The notes beneath the pieces are model-generated. The model was not told the DNA's origin. It saw only the letters and a program-made list of their open reading frames with translations, and searched no databases. DNA of 64,000 nt from Planctomycetota bacterium (GTDB taxonomy: Bacteria; Planctomycetota; JAJSAM01; JAJVHW01), in the NCBI GenBank assembly GCA_965248445.1, contig CBDFJG010000004.1, forward strand, positions 1,728,001-1,792,000, written 5' to 3'. The translations under genes were made by a program, and so were the position numbers. This document shows positions 9,262 to 20,940 of the stretch, piece after piece; the stretch's first letter is position 1, and every line of letters begins with the position of its first letter.

Positions 9262-10638
9262 GTGCAGGACGCCCCCACCACGTTCGACGGTCTCGGCCTT
9301 CCGCCGGAAATCGTCACCTCGCTCACGGACGCAGGCTTCGTCACACCGCTCCCGGTGCAGGTGCGGGCGATCCCCCCTCTCCTCGAGGGCGCGAGCGTGG
9401 TCGTATCGGCGGAGACGGGCAGCGGCAAGACCCTGGCGTATGCCGCCCCTCTCGTCGCGTCGCTCCTGGACGGCCCCCCGGCCGCGGCGCCGCGGGTGCT
9501 CGTTCTGGTACCGACCCGCGAGCTTGCGTCGCAGGTCGCCGGCGTCTTCGAGTCGGTCGGCGCCGCGCACGGCATCGTCACCGCGGCCACGCATGGCGGT
9601 ACGCCGGTCCGCATCGACGAGCGGGCGCTGGAGGCCGGTGCGCACGTCGTCGTCGCGACACCCGGCCGCCTGCGCGACCTGGCCCGGCGGGGCGCGTTCC
9701 TGTCCGGCGCGCTCGAGACGGTCGTCGTCGACGAGGCCGACCGCATGCTCGCGCGGGACTTCGCGCCCCAAGTGCGGAAGCTGATCGAGTTCGTTCCGCC
9801 CACGACGCGACTCGTCCTCTGCTCCGCCACGGTCGACAACCGCGTGCTCGATCTGGCTGCCGGACGTCTGGACGACGCGGTGCGCGTCCACGGCTCGCTC
9901 GAGGGTGACCGCGCGCTCCCCCCGGGCATCCGTCACACCGCAGTCGTCGTGCGGCAACCGCTCAAGCGCCTGCTGCTGGTGCACCTGCTCACGACGGATG
10001 AGACCACACGGCTTCTGGTGTTCGTCGGCTCTCGGTTTCGCTGCCGTGCGCTCGCCGAGGCGCTTGTGGCGGACGGCGTGACCGCCGAGTCGCTCTCAGG
10101 CGGACGCAAGCAGGAGGACCGCGACGCGGCGCTGGCGGCGTTCCGCGCGGGGCGGCTCCGCGTGCTCGTCGCCACCGATCTGGCCGAGCGCGGCATCGAC
10201 CTGCCCGGACTGACGCACGTCGTGAACTTCGACCTGCCGAGGAAGGTGACGCGCTACGCGCACCGGGTGGGGCGCACGGCACGCGCGTTCGGCGAGGGCG
10301 TGGTTCTCGCGTTCGTCACGCCACCGGAACAGGGGTTCCTGGACGCGGCGAGGAAGCTCCTCGACGTGCCGATCGAACTGGCCGAGCTACCGGGGTTCGA
10401 CTTCGAGCAGAAGCCCGTCGGCCCGGACCCGCTGGTCGAACCGCTGGATCTATCCAAGGGCAGGTCGGCGAGGACACCAGATGGACCGAAACGGCCACGC
10501 ACGGGCAACCCCGCACAGCAGAAGAGGGCTTTCTGGGATCGCGCCCGCAAGTCACGCGACGAGCGCCGCGCGCGACGAGGAGGCCCACCGGCGCGCGGTA
10601 AGCGCGGCGGACCGAAGCCGGACAAGCGGAGCAAGTAG
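9262..10638 (+). CDS. DEAD-box RNA helicase
   Basis: Q motif GFVTPLPVQ, AETGSGKT, PTRELA, TPGR, DEADRM, SAT, RGIDL, HRVGRTAR, basic C-terminal tail; GTG start 6 nt after TACGAT. Confidence 0.95.
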   Translation: MQDAPTTFDGLGLPPEIVTSLTDAGFVTPLPVQVRAIPPLLEGASVVVSAETGSGKTLAYAAPLVASLLDGPPAAAPRVLVLVPTRELASQVAGVFESVGAAHGIVTAATHGGTPVRIDERALEAGAHVVVATPGRLRDLARRGAFLSGALETVVVDEADRMLARDFAPQVRKLIEFVPPTTRLVLCSATVDNRVLDLAAGRLDDAVRVHGSLEGDRALPPGIRHTAVVVRQPLKRLLLVHLLTTDETTRLLVFVGSRFRCRALAEALVADGVTAESLSGGRKQEDRDAALAAFRAGRLRVLVATDLAERGIDLPGLTHVVNFDLPRKVTRYAHRVGRTARAFGEGVVLAFVTPPEQGFLDAARKLLDVPIELAELPGFDFEQKPVGPDPLVEPLDLSKGRSARTPDGPKRPRTGNPAQQKRAFWDRARKSRDERRARRGGPPARGKRGGPKPDKRSK

Positions 10639-10641
10639 CCG

Positions 10642-11718
10642 TCAGGAAGCGGACGAGACGAGCCGTGGATCGGTCACGTCGCGGAGCGCGTCACCGATCA
10701 GGTTCATCACGAGCACCGTGAAGAAGACCGCGATGCTCGGCGGGTACATCAGGTGGGGCGCGATGCGCAGGTTGTCCCAGCCGGAACGAAGGATGTTGCC
10801 CCATGTCGCTTCGGGCGGTTGCACGCCGAACCCCAGCCACGACAGCCCGGTTTCCGTGAAGATCGCGCCCGCCACGCCGAACGCGACCACGACCAGCACC
10901 GGCGCCAGAGCATTCGGCATCAGGTGCCGGAAGATGATGCGCGGCGCCGACGCGCCGAGCGCGCGGGCTGCCAGCGCATAGTCGAGGCCCTTCAGCTTCA
11001 TCATCTCCCCGCGCGTGTAGCGAGCGATGCCCGTCCACGCGAACAGCCCGATGACGACCATGATGTTCCAGATGCTCGGCTCGAAGATGAGCAGGCAGAT
11101 GAGGATCACGTAGAAGACCGGCACGCAGATGAAGACCTCGATGATGCGCGAGAGCGCGATGTCCCACCATCCACCGAGGTAGCCCGCCACGCAGCCCATG
11201 ATGATCCCGATCACGGCCGCGATGCCCATTGAGACGAATCCGATCAGAATCGCGATCGGCGTGGCGTGGAGCATGCGCGACATCACATCGCGACCGATCT
11301 CGTCCGTGCCGAGTCGATGCTCCGCGCTCGGCGGCTCCAACTTGCGCAGTGGCGCGGTTTGATTGGGTCCGTACGGCACCGGCGGCCACGTGGCCCAGTT
11401 CGCGTCGTCCTGCGTCTCCGCGTAATACTCCTGCGCGCTGAACTGCGGGAAACGGAAGGGCTTCGGCATCGCGTGCAGATCCTCGCCGAACGGCACCTGG
11501 TGCAGCACGTCCACGAGAGCGGGGAAGAAGATCTCGCCCTGGTACTTGCAGACGAGCGGCTTGTCATTCGCGAGGACCGGGCTCAGGAACGCGACGAGGG
11601 CGAGCAACGCGAGCATCGACACGCCGAACATGCCGGAGCGGTGTTTCTTGAGACGTCCCCACGTCGCACGCCAGAAGCCCTGCGGCGGCGGTGGGTCGGC
11701 TGGCCGCGGATCAGTCAT
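10642..11718 (-). CDS. Peptide ABC transporter permease (OppC/DppC-like)
   Basis: LGTDEIGRDV and EAA-like loop YALAARALGAS...IIFRHLMPN. Confidence 0.93.
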   Translation of the reverse strand: MTDPRPADPPPPQGFWRATWGRLKKHRSGMFGVSMLALLALVAFLSPVLANDKPLVCKYQGEIFFPALVDVLHQVPFGEDLHAMPKPFRFPQFSAQEYYAETQDDANWATWPPVPYGPNQTAPLRKLEPPSAEHRLGTDEIGRDVMSRMLHATPIAILIGFVSMGIAAVIGIIMGCVAGYLGGWWDIALSRIIEVFICVPVFYVILICLLIFEPSIWNIMVVIGLFAWTGIARYTRGEMMKLKGLDYALAARALGASAPRIIFRHLMPNALAPVLVVVAFGVAGAIFTETGLSWLGFGVQPPEATWGNILRSGWDNLRIAPHLMYPPSIAVFFTVLVMNLIGDALRDVTDPRLVSSAS

Positions 11719-12685
11719 AGCGGATCCTCGGGTCGGCCACCGCGTACAAGAGGTCAGCCAGCAGGATGCCGCCGAGCACGAGGACCGAGCTGATGATCAA
11801 GCTCGCCATCATGATCGGGTAGTCGCGCGCGAGCATGCCGTTGAAGAACAGACGGCCGAGACCGGGCCAGTTGAAGATGACCTCCAAGATCACGCTGCCC
11901 GAGATCAGCGCAGGCACCAGCGCGCCCAGGCGCGTGAGGAGCGGAATGAACGTGTTGCGGAAGGCGTGCTTGAACAGCACGCGCCGCTCGGACGCGCCCT
12001 TGGCCCGCGCGGTCCGCACGTAGTCCTGACGCAATACCTCGAGCAGCGTGCTGCGCGTGAAACGGGACTGGAACGCCAGCCCGCCGAACGTGAAGCAGAA
12101 CGTGATCAGCACGTAGTGCGCGATCGCGTCCTTCCACTTCCCCGCAAGGGACATCGTGTCGTATGCGTCGGACTGCATCCCGCGGAACGGGAGCAGGTCC
12201 CACTGGACACCGACCCAGTAGATGAGCACGACTGCTGCGACGTAGCTGGGCACGGCGTACAGGGCGTAGAGGAAGACCCCCGAGATCGTGTCGAACAGAC
12301 CCCCCTGGTGCGCCCCCTGGTAGAGGCCGATCGGGATGGCTGCGGCGAGCATGAGCAAGATGCTCAGAGTGGAGACGCTCAGCGTCGGCCACAGCGACTG
12401 CATGACCTTGTCCGCGACCGGGCGGCCGTCCTGGAACGACGTCCCGAAGTCGCCCTGCAGCATCTTCCCTAGCCACGACAGGTAGCGCTCGTGCAGCGGC
12501 TTGTCGAGGCCGAAGTGCTTGCGCAGCATCTCCGCCATCCGCGCGGAGACCTCGGGGTCCTGCACCTCCGACATGATCGCCGCGGGGTCACCCGGAATCA
12601 TGTTGATCAGAGCGAACACGATCACGGAGATCCCGAGGAGCGTGAACGCTGCGATGAACAGGCGCCGGACGGTGTACTGGAACAT
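11711..12685 (-). CDS. Peptide ABC transporter permease (OppB/DppB-like)
   Basis: PGDPA, GDFGTS, QDYVRTARAKG, DPRIR. Confidence 0.94.
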   Translation of the reverse strand: MFQYTVRRLFIAAFTLLGISVIVFALINMIPGDPAAIMSEVQDPEVSARMAEMLRKHFGLDKPLHERYLSWLGKMLQGDFGTSFQDGRPVADKVMQSLWPTLSVSTLSILLMLAAAIPIGLYQGAHQGGLFDTISGVFLYALYAVPSYVAAVVLIYWVGVQWDLLPFRGMQSDAYDTMSLAGKWKDAIAHYVLITFCFTFGGLAFQSRFTRSTLLEVLRQDYVRTARAKGASERRVLFKHAFRNTFIPLLTRLGALVPALISGSVILEVIFNWPGLGRLFFNGMLARDYPIMMASLIISSVLVLGGILLADLLYAVADPRIRYD

Positions 12686-12697
12686 GCGCCGGTGCGG

Positions 12698-14446
12698 CTA
12701 CTTCATGCCGTGCATCTGTTCGTCCTTGGTGACCCACCAACCGAGATACGACGGATCGAAGTTCCAGACGCCGCGCGGACTGAAGTGGATCCCACGCATG
12801 CGCTTGGCGAACCCCCACAGCACCCGCCGATTCCACAGGAACGTGTACGGCTGCTCGTCGTAGATGATCTTCTGCATCTCGGCGTAGTACGCGGCACGCT
12901 TGGTCTGATCGAACTCGAAGCGCGCGAGCTTCAGGAGCTCATCCACGCGCTCATTGTTGAATCCGCCGTAGTTGCGACCACCGTCGTACTGGCTCGAGTG
13001 CCAGAGGTTCCAGCCGGTGTCCGGGTCGGTACCCGTGCCCCAGGCCGCGATCGATGCCTGGAACTCATGCTCGCGGGTGCGCTGCTGGAACGTGGCCCAC
13101 TCGAGGACGATCTGCTTCATCTCGACGCCGATCTTGCGCAGGTCCTGCTCGAAGATGGCCGCGATCTGCGGCGACGTCGTACTGCCCTGCGGAATCAGCA
13201 GCGTGAACGTGAACGCAGTGCCGTCTCTCTCCCGCCAGCCGGTCTCGTCATTGACTTTCCAGCCGGCCTCGTCCAGTAGGCCTGCGGCCTTCTCCAGATC
13301 GAATCCCAGGAGCTTGACGTCCTTGTTGAACATCCACGAGTCGGGGTGATAAACGCCGTAGCACGGATCGACGATGTTGTAGCCGATCTGCGAGATCATC
13401 AACGGCAGGTTCATCGCATGCGTCATGGCACGGCGAACGCGGACGTCGTTGAAGAACGGGTTCGAACCGTCCTGGTTCCAGCCGACGTACGAGAAACTCC
13501 ACTGCTTGCCCATCGCCTTGTACGCGGCCCGCGTGTAGCTCTCCGACCCCACCGTCTCCACCGCGAACTGCTTCGGCGACATCCGGAACTCGTCGGTCTC
13601 GCCCTTCTCGAGCGTGAGCAACGCCACGTTGTTGTCCGGGATGATCCGGCACACGATGCGCTTGAAGTGGGGCTTCGCTCCGTGGAAGTCCTCCCAGCGC
13701 TCGAGGACGATCTTGTCGTTCTCCTTCCACTCCACGAACTTGTAGGGCCCGCTGCCCACGGGCTCGCGGTTGACGCGCGCGTGGTACTCGTTCGTCTTCA
13801 GCGTCGGGTCCTGCTCCTTCTCCACCTCGTAGATGTGCTTCGGGATGATGGAGAAGAAGACGTTCCACTTGCTGGTCGGCAGCGGGTCCTTGTGCACGAA
13901 TCGCACCGTCAGGTCATCGACGGCCTCGCACAGTTCGATCTCGTCCGTGCCGGGCTTCTGCGACGGACACGGCACGCGGTCATCCAGGATGTTCTTCCAC
14001 GAGAACGCGATGTCGTGCGCCGTGTACGGGTGGCCGTCGTGCCACTTGAGGCCGGGCTTCAGCTTGAGCGTCCAGACCTTGTGGTCCTCACTCTCCTCCA
14101 AGCTCTCGACCATCGCGTCGTTCAGCATCCAGTTGAGGTCTCGGTCGAATGTGAAGGGACCGTTGAACAGGAAGGCGTTCAGCCGGAACTCGTACGTGGA
14201 CGACCCGAACAGCGGGTTCAACGTGGCGGGGTTGCCGTCGAGCGTGCAGTAGAACCACTCGTCCTCCGTGGCCTCGGCTGCGTCGTACTCCTGCAGCAGC
14301 GTCGCGGGATTGACGAGCGGGTCGTTGGCAGGATCGTACGCATCGGTTGCGCCGGCTGCGCCGCCGCCGCCCGTCGGTGCGGGACCCGGGCACGCGGTCG
14401 TGGCGATGGCGGCGAGTGCCAAGAGACAGAGAGACGACATACGCAT
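12698..14446 (-). CDS. Peptide ABC substrate-binding lipoprotein (family 5, OppA/AppA-like)
   Basis: Lipobox-like TTAC, KWHDGHPYTAHD, PVGSGPYKF, DVRVRRAM; ggagg SD. Confidence 0.92.
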   Translation of the reverse strand: MRMSSLCLLALAAIATTACPGPAPTGGGGAAGATDAYDPANDPLVNPATLLQEYDAAEATEDEWFYCTLDGNPATLNPLFGSSTYEFRLNAFLFNGPFTFDRDLNWMLNDAMVESLEESEDHKVWTLKLKPGLKWHDGHPYTAHDIAFSWKNILDDRVPCPSQKPGTDEIELCEAVDDLTVRFVHKDPLPTSKWNVFFSIIPKHIYEVEKEQDPTLKTNEYHARVNREPVGSGPYKFVEWKENDKIVLERWEDFHGAKPHFKRIVCRIIPDNNVALLTLEKGETDEFRMSPKQFAVETVGSESYTRAAYKAMGKQWSFSYVGWNQDGSNPFFNDVRVRRAMTHAMNLPLMISQIGYNIVDPCYGVYHPDSWMFNKDVKLLGFDLEKAAGLLDEAGWKVNDETGWRERDGTAFTFTLLIPQGSTTSPQIAAIFEQDLRKIGVEMKQIVLEWATFQQRTREHEFQASIAAWGTGTDPDTGWNLWHSSQYDGGRNYGGFNNERVDELLKLARFEFDQTKRAAYYAEMQKIIYDEQPYTFLWNRRVLWGFAKRMRGIHFSPRGVWNFDPSYLGWWVTKDEQMHGMK

Positions 14447-14533
14447 CGGCGAACCTCCCGTTCCGGCCGCTACAGCCGGGCGGGCGAGTCTATCGGACCC
14501 GCCACACGAACGAACGCCGCAACGGGCACGTGA

Positions 14534-15558
14534 CTACGCGGGCGGCGCGACGGTCGTCTGGCCGGTGACGATCGGGCAGGCGACCTGGCGTCGGGCATCG
14601 ACCTGCACGAGCGGCGGAATCTCCTCGGCGCACGACGGCTGCGCGAGCGGGCAGCGCGTGCGGAAGCCGCAGCCGGAGGGCTTGTTCATCGGAGTCGGGA
14701 TGTCGCCCACGAGCATCGTCCGCTTCTCGCGGCGGCGGTGGGGATCGGGTTGCGGAACGGCCGACAGCAGTGCCGTCGAGTACGGGTGGACAGGGTCCTT
14801 GTAGACCTGCTCCGAGTCCGCCAGTTCGACGATGTTACCGAGGTACATCACCGCGATGCGATCGCTGATGTGGTAGACGACCGACAAGTCGTGGGCAATG
14901 AACAGGTAGGTGAGCCCGAACTCCTCCTGCAGGTCCTGCATCAGGTTCACGACCTGCGCCTGCACCGAGACGTCGAGCGCACTCACCGGCTCGTCGCCGA
15001 TGATCAGCTTGGGGCGCGTGGACAACGCCCGCGCGATGCCGATGCGCTGCCTCTGACCGCCCGAGAACTCGTGTGGGAACCGGCCGGCGTACTGCGGCTG
15101 CAGACCGACGCGGTCGAGCAGGTCGAGCACACGCTTGCGGCGCGCGCGACGGTCGAGTTTCGTGTGCACCTTCATCGGCCCGCCGACGATCTGCTCCACG
15201 GTCATGCGCGGATTGAGCGACGAGAACGGGTCCTGGAAGATGAGCGCGATCTCGGACCGGTACGGGTGCATCGCCCGGCGCGACAGTCCGTGTACGTTCA
15301 CGGGGCCACGGTCGGAGTGGAAGATGATCTCTCCCTCGAGCCGCGTGCCGGGAACGGTCGGCCGAATCAAGTTGATGATGGCCTTGCCGATCGTCGACTT
15401 CCCCGAACCGGACTCCCCCACCAGGCCGACCGTCTCGCCCTTTTGGATGTCGAACGTCACGCCGTCCACGGCCTTCACGCGCCCGACCACGTGGCGCAGC
15501 ACGCCGCCGTACACGGGGAAGTGCACCTTCACGTCCCGCATCTCGAGGAGTGGCTCGC

Positions 15559-15562
<4 letters not shown>
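14534..15562 (-). CDS. Peptide ABC ATP-binding protein (OppF/DppF-like)
   Basis: GESGSGKS, FSGGQRQRIGIARAL, DEPVSALD, HPY, C-terminal GC.F.TRCP. Confidence 0.95.
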
Positions 15563-16545
<983 letters not shown>

Positions 16546-16549
16546 CCGT

Positions 16550-17680
16550 TCACCGCAGCCTCGAGAAGACCTTCGGGTCGAACGCCTCGCGGATGCCCTC
16601 GCCGATGAAGACCACGAGGTTCAGAGTGAGGAACAGCGCCGCCAGCGGGAACGTCACCAGGTGCCAATGCTGGATGTTCTCCTTGCCCTGGTTCACCAGT
16701 TCACCCCACGACGGAGTCGGCGCGGGCAGCCCGAAGCCGAGGAAGTCCAGTCCGACGAGTGACACGATCGCGCCGACGGTTGCGAACGGTGCAAACGTGA
16801 TGATCGGCGTGAGCGAGTTCGGCAGGATGTGCGAGAACATGATCGCCCGCCGTGAGTCGCCCTGCGCGATGGCCGCAGAGACGTAGTCCTTGGCCTTCTC
16901 GCGGTAGAACTCGCCACGCATGTAGTAGCTGATCCCGACCCATCGGAACACGCTCAACAACAGCGCCAGTCCGAGCAGCTGCGGCTTCAGTAACGCGCTG
17001 ATAATGATCACCGTGTACAGGAACGGAATCGACCCCCAGATCTCAACGAGCCTCTGCCCGAGGAAGTCGAGCTTGCCGCCGAAGAACCCCAGCAGGGCGC
17101 CGACGCTCGCGCCGATCACGTAGGCAATCGAGATCACGAGCAACGCGAATGTGATCGAGATCCTGAACCCGTACGCCAGGCGCGCGAATACGTCGCGTCC
17201 CCGGTCGTCCGTCCCCATCCAGTGTCCTCGCTGCGGCTTGTGCGGCGGCGCACCAGACAGCGCTGGATCCGTGAGCAACGACTCGTTCGGGTGGTACGGA
17301 TACAGCGGCATCACGAGCCAGCTGTCGGTCTCACTCTCTGCCCAGTCCTCAGCCAGCTTGCGGTAGTTAGCCTCGCCGATCGAGCGCTGCCCGAACGTCT
17401 TCGCAGCGTGCTGCTTGCCACTCGTCCACTCGGCCAGCGCCGGGAAGTAGGTCTCGCCGCCGTGACTGACGATCAGCGCGCGGCTATTGATCAGTAGCGG
17501 GTTGAACACGCTGATGACGTACAGCCCGACGAGCAGCAGGAAGCACCACCAGCCGCGCTTGAGCGTGCGGAACTTGCGCCATCGGCGGCGCAGCACCGAG
17601 ACGGACCGCTGTATCTCCGCACGCTCCCCCGCGACCTCTTCGGCCGTCGCGCCAGTGACAACAGGTTCGGCGTCGTCCAT
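16550..17680 (-). CDS. Peptide ABC permease, YejE-like
   Basis: GTDDRGRDVFARLAYGFRIS, LDFLGFGLP, IREAFDPK, typical of YejE-type permeases. Confidence 0.9.
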   Translation of the reverse strand: MDDAEPVVTGATAEEVAGERAEIQRSVSVLRRRWRKFRTLKRGWWCFLLLVGLYVISVFNPLLINSRALIVSHGGETYFPALAEWTSGKQHAAKTFGQRSIGEANYRKLAEDWAESETDSWLVMPLYPYHPNESLLTDPALSGAPPHKPQRGHWMGTDDRGRDVFARLAYGFRISITFALLVISIAYVIGASVGALLGFFGGKLDFLGQRLVEIWGSIPFLYTVIIISALLKPQLLGLALLLSVFRWVGISYYMRGEFYREKAKDYVSAAIAQGDSRRAIMFSHILPNSLTPIITFAPFATVGAIVSLVGLDFLGFGLPAPTPSWGELVNQGKENIQHWHLVTFPLAALFLTLNLVVFIGEGIREAFDPKVFSRLR

Positions 17681-17686
17681 CGCCGC

Positions 17687-18742
17687 CTACGCGAATCTGA
17701 TCCGCGGGTCTACGAGCACGTACAGAACGTCGCTCAGGATGTTGCCGAACAGTACGAGCACGGCGTTGATCGCCAGCACACCCAGCACAACTGCGTAGTC
17801 GCGCCCGACGATCGACGTGTAGCCGAGATACCCCAGCCCGTCGATGTTGAACACGTACTCGATCAGATAACTGCCGGCCATGATGATGCCGATGGCGTGG
17901 CCGAGGCCCGTGCAGATCGGTATGAGCGAGTTGCGCAGGGCGTGTTGGAACACGACGCGCTTTTCTGAGAGTCCCTTGGCGAACGCCGTCCTCACGTAGT
18001 CGGCGCCCAGGTTCTCCATCAGCGAGTTCTTCATGAGCAGCGTGAGCGTCGCAAAGCTTCCGATCATGTAGCAGATGACCGGTGCGATCGTGTGGTGCAG
18101 CTTGTCCTTGATGCACCACCAGTACTCACCCTTGTCCCACATGGCGTTGAACTCGGGAGAGTGGAATCCGCCGAGCGGAATCCAATCGAAGAAGTTGCCG
18201 CCACCGAAGTACACGAGCAGCAGTGCACCGAGCGCCCAGCCGGGAATCGAGTATCCGATGAACACGAGCAGACTCGAGCCGACGTCGAAGACGCTGCTGT
18301 GCTTGACGGCCTTCATGACCCCCAGCGGGATGCAGACCAGGTATGCGAGAGTGAACCCGATCAGACCGAAGTAGATCGAGATGGGGAAGCGGTCCTTGAT
18401 CAGGTCGACGACCGGCGTGCTGTACTTGTACGAGTTGCCCAAGTCCCCACGGACGACGTCGCCGAGCCAGTGGACGTACGCAACGGGCAGAGGCATGTCC
18501 AAGCGAAAGCGCTTCTCGAGTTCCTTCATCGCTTCTGGCGGGATGGCTGCGCCCCCACCGGCCTGCTCTCCGCCGCCGGACGCGCCCCCTTCGCCGCCCT
18601 GCTCGCCGCCCATCTGGATCTGGACCATCATCTGGTCGATCGGTCCGCCGGGGACGAACCGGGTGACGCAGAAAACGAGGAATGTGATCCCGATGAAAGT
18701 CGGGATCAGGAGCAACAGCCGGCGTGCGAAGTAGGCGCCCAT
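17687..18742 (-). CDS. Peptide ABC permease, YejB-like
   Basis: RRLLLLIPT...PGGPI, DYVRTAFAKGL, DPRIRF. Confidence 0.9.
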   Translation of the reverse strand: MGAYFARRLLLLIPTFIGITFLVFCVTRFVPGGPIDQMMVQIQMGGEQGGEGGASGGGEQAGGGAAIPPEAMKELEKRFRLDMPLPVAYVHWLGDVVRGDLGNSYKYSTPVVDLIKDRFPISIYFGLIGFTLAYLVCIPLGVMKAVKHSSVFDVGSSLLVFIGYSIPGWALGALLLVYFGGGNFFDWIPLGGFHSPEFNAMWDKGEYWWCIKDKLHHTIAPVICYMIGSFATLTLLMKNSLMENLGADYVRTAFAKGLSEKRVVFQHALRNSLIPICTGLGHAIGIIMAGSYLIEYVFNIDGLGYLGYTSIVGRDYAVVLGVLAINAVLVLFGNILSDVLYVLVDPRIRFA

Positions 18743-18763
18743 GGCGAGGCCGCGTGGTCCTGC

Positions 18764-20782
18764 CTACTCGCCGCCCTTGTTGCGCTGCCAGGCGTTCCAC
18801 GCTTCCCAGAAGCGGTTCTGCTTCTCAGGGATCGGCATGGTCTTCGAGTCGTCCTTCTTGGCGGCCTCGAGCTCTGCTTCCTTCTCCGGATCGATCCAGA
18901 ATCCGTAGTAGTAGGCGCGGCTCTGGGACACGCGCGAGCAGCCCCACGGCGGCATGCCGACCTTGTTCCAGTACATGAAGCGCAGGTTGCCGCCGTACCA
19001 CCCGAGCACGTACGGGTGCTGCTTGTAGATCAGTCCGTCGATCTCACCCACCGTCCGGATGCGCTCGGAGACCTCGTATGACGCGTCGTACTCCGCCATC
19101 AGGGCATCGACCGCGTCGTCGGCGAACGCCGTGATGTTGTTGTTGCCGGTCTGCTCCGCGAGCTCGCCCTTCCACGACGACTCGGGGTTCGGGAACACGA
19201 GCGCGCCCCAGGCCTGGCTCGAGAGCTCGTACTCCTTGCCGGTGACCGCTTTCCACTGCTCCGCCGGCGTGATCCGCCGCAGGTTGATCTTGATGCCGGC
19301 TTTCGCACAATCCTCCTGGAAGATGGTCAGGCTTCGCTCGGTGAGCGCGCTGGTGTAGAGGATCTGGAACTCCATGAGCTTGCCGTCCTTGACGCGCAAA
19401 AGCTGATCGTTCACCTCGGTCCACCCGGCGGCTTCGAGGAGTTCGACCGCCCCCACCGGATCGTACGGCAGGTCTTCGTTGTCGGGGTTCGCGTACATGC
19501 CGCCCTGCCAGTAGCTCGTCAGAGGCTTGTACTCGTTGAAGTAGAGCTTCTCGATCATCAGCTCGCGGTTGTAGAGGAACTGCAACGCCTTGCGGATGCG
19601 CACGTCGTCGAGCGGCGCCTTCTTCATGTTGATGGCGATGCCGCTCGTCCCGATCGGCCCGTCGTTGAAGATCTTCTTCATGACGAGCAGACCGCGCTTC
19701 ACCGGGTCGAGGTGCAGGATCTCGGTGGCCCACCACTGCGCTTTCGGCACGTAGTAGATGTCGAGTTCGCCCTTCTTGGCCTTCTCGTACGCGAGGCTGA
19801 TGTCCTTGACGATCTCGTACTCGAAACGATCGATGTTCGCAGTTCCGGCAACAGAGGGATCACCGTCGCGCCAGTAGCTCTTACGCTTCGAGATGGCCAG
19901 GGAGGCGCCGAGCTGGACGTCCTCCATCTTCACTTCGTACTGTCCGACGGCCGGGAAGTACGAGTTCTGGTACTTCTCGAGGAACTCGTCTCCTGGCATG
20001 TCGATGTACTTCGCGGGCATCACAAAGCTCTCCGCGAAGTACTGGAAGTTGCGCCAGTTGTCCTGCTTGCACGTGACTCTCACGATGTACTTCGACTCCG
20101 CGGTGGGCGTCTCGAACTTCCCCCACGTGATGAGCGAGGACGGGAAACGCGCCTTCGGATCCATGCGCAGCTTGTACGTCGCGATCCAATCGTCCGCCGT
20201 GACCTCGGCGCCGTCGCTCCAGCGCGCCTCCGGATTGATGCGGAACCGGTAGGTCTGCTTGTCTTCCGAGATCTGCCAGTGCGTGGCGAGGCTGGGAATG
20301 AACTCCAGCGTGGTCGGGTGAATGGAGAGCAGGCCCTCCGTGCAGAGGTCCATCACGATGTAGTTGAACTGTGTGTTCCAGTTCTCGCCATGGAGCCGGA
20401 GCGTCGCCGGCCAATCCAGCAGGTAGCCGCGCAGCGTCCCGCCCTGCGGCGCGTCCGGCCACCCAAGAGCCGGAAACGTCATGTTCGTGGTCCAGCCCTC
20501 GCCGGTGAACCCGGGTCCGCCCATCTCGGCGGGTACCGAGGAGTCGCCGACATCCTTGTTCCAGCGGTAGGTCACGTCCGGGAAGTCGAGGTGGTCCTTG
20601 TACCTCTCGATCAGCTCGGCGTTCGTGTCCGTGGAGACGTTCACGTCGCCGTCACCACCTCCGCCGCCGCCTCCCCCGCCGCCTCCCCCGGTGTTTCCGT
20701 CGTCACCGCACGCCGGCAGCGCCAGGGCGATCGCGGCGAGAAGCAAGGCTTGGCCCAGGCGCGAGGTTGAGATCGACGACAT
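18764..20782 (-). CDS. Peptide ABC substrate-binding lipoprotein, YejA-like
   Basis: Lipobox LPAC, poly-Gly linker, PDAPQGGTL, INPEARWSDG, DVRIRKAL; ATG at 20782 after gaggag. Confidence 0.88.
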   Translation of the reverse strand: MSSISTSRLGQALLLAAIALALPACGDDGNTGGGGGGGGGGGGDGDVNVSTDTNAELIERYKDHLDFPDVTYRWNKDVGDSSVPAEMGGPGFTGEGWTTNMTFPALGWPDAPQGGTLRGYLLDWPATLRLHGENWNTQFNYIVMDLCTEGLLSIHPTTLEFIPSLATHWQISEDKQTYRFRINPEARWSDGAEVTADDWIATYKLRMDPKARFPSSLITWGKFETPTAESKYIVRVTCKQDNWRNFQYFAESFVMPAKYIDMPGDEFLEKYQNSYFPAVGQYEVKMEDVQLGASLAISKRKSYWRDGDPSVAGTANIDRFEYEIVKDISLAYEKAKKGELDIYYVPKAQWWATEILHLDPVKRGLLVMKKIFNDGPIGTSGIAINMKKAPLDDVRIRKALQFLYNRELMIEKLYFNEYKPLTSYWQGGMYANPDNEDLPYDPVGAVELLEAAGWTEVNDQLLRVKDGKLMEFQILYTSALTERSLTIFQEDCAKAGIKINLRRITPAEQWKAVTGKEYELSSQAWGALVFPNPESSWKGELAEQTGNNNITAFADDAVDALMAEYDASYEVSERIRTVGEIDGLIYKQHPYVLGWYGGNLRFMYWNKVGMPPWGCSRVSQSRAYYYGFWIDPEKEAELEAAKKDDSKTMPIPEKQNRFWEAWNAWQRNKGGE

Positions 20783-20940
20783 GGTAGGAGTCTCCTCTCG
20801 ATCGGGTTTGCGGGCGGCGTCCGCCACCCAGCTTCCGGGGAGGGCGGTTCTACCGCAAGCGAGGGGGCGGATGCAGCCGTTCGTCCCCACTCTCGGGCCC
20901 GCTCTCGGGCCCGTGACCGCCCCCAGCGTGACGCGGCCAG

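Noticed and set aside
20650..20692. Simple-sequence CCG/CCT run as a phase-variation tract
   Set aside because: It encodes an in-frame poly-Gly linker with mixed codons after the lipobox.
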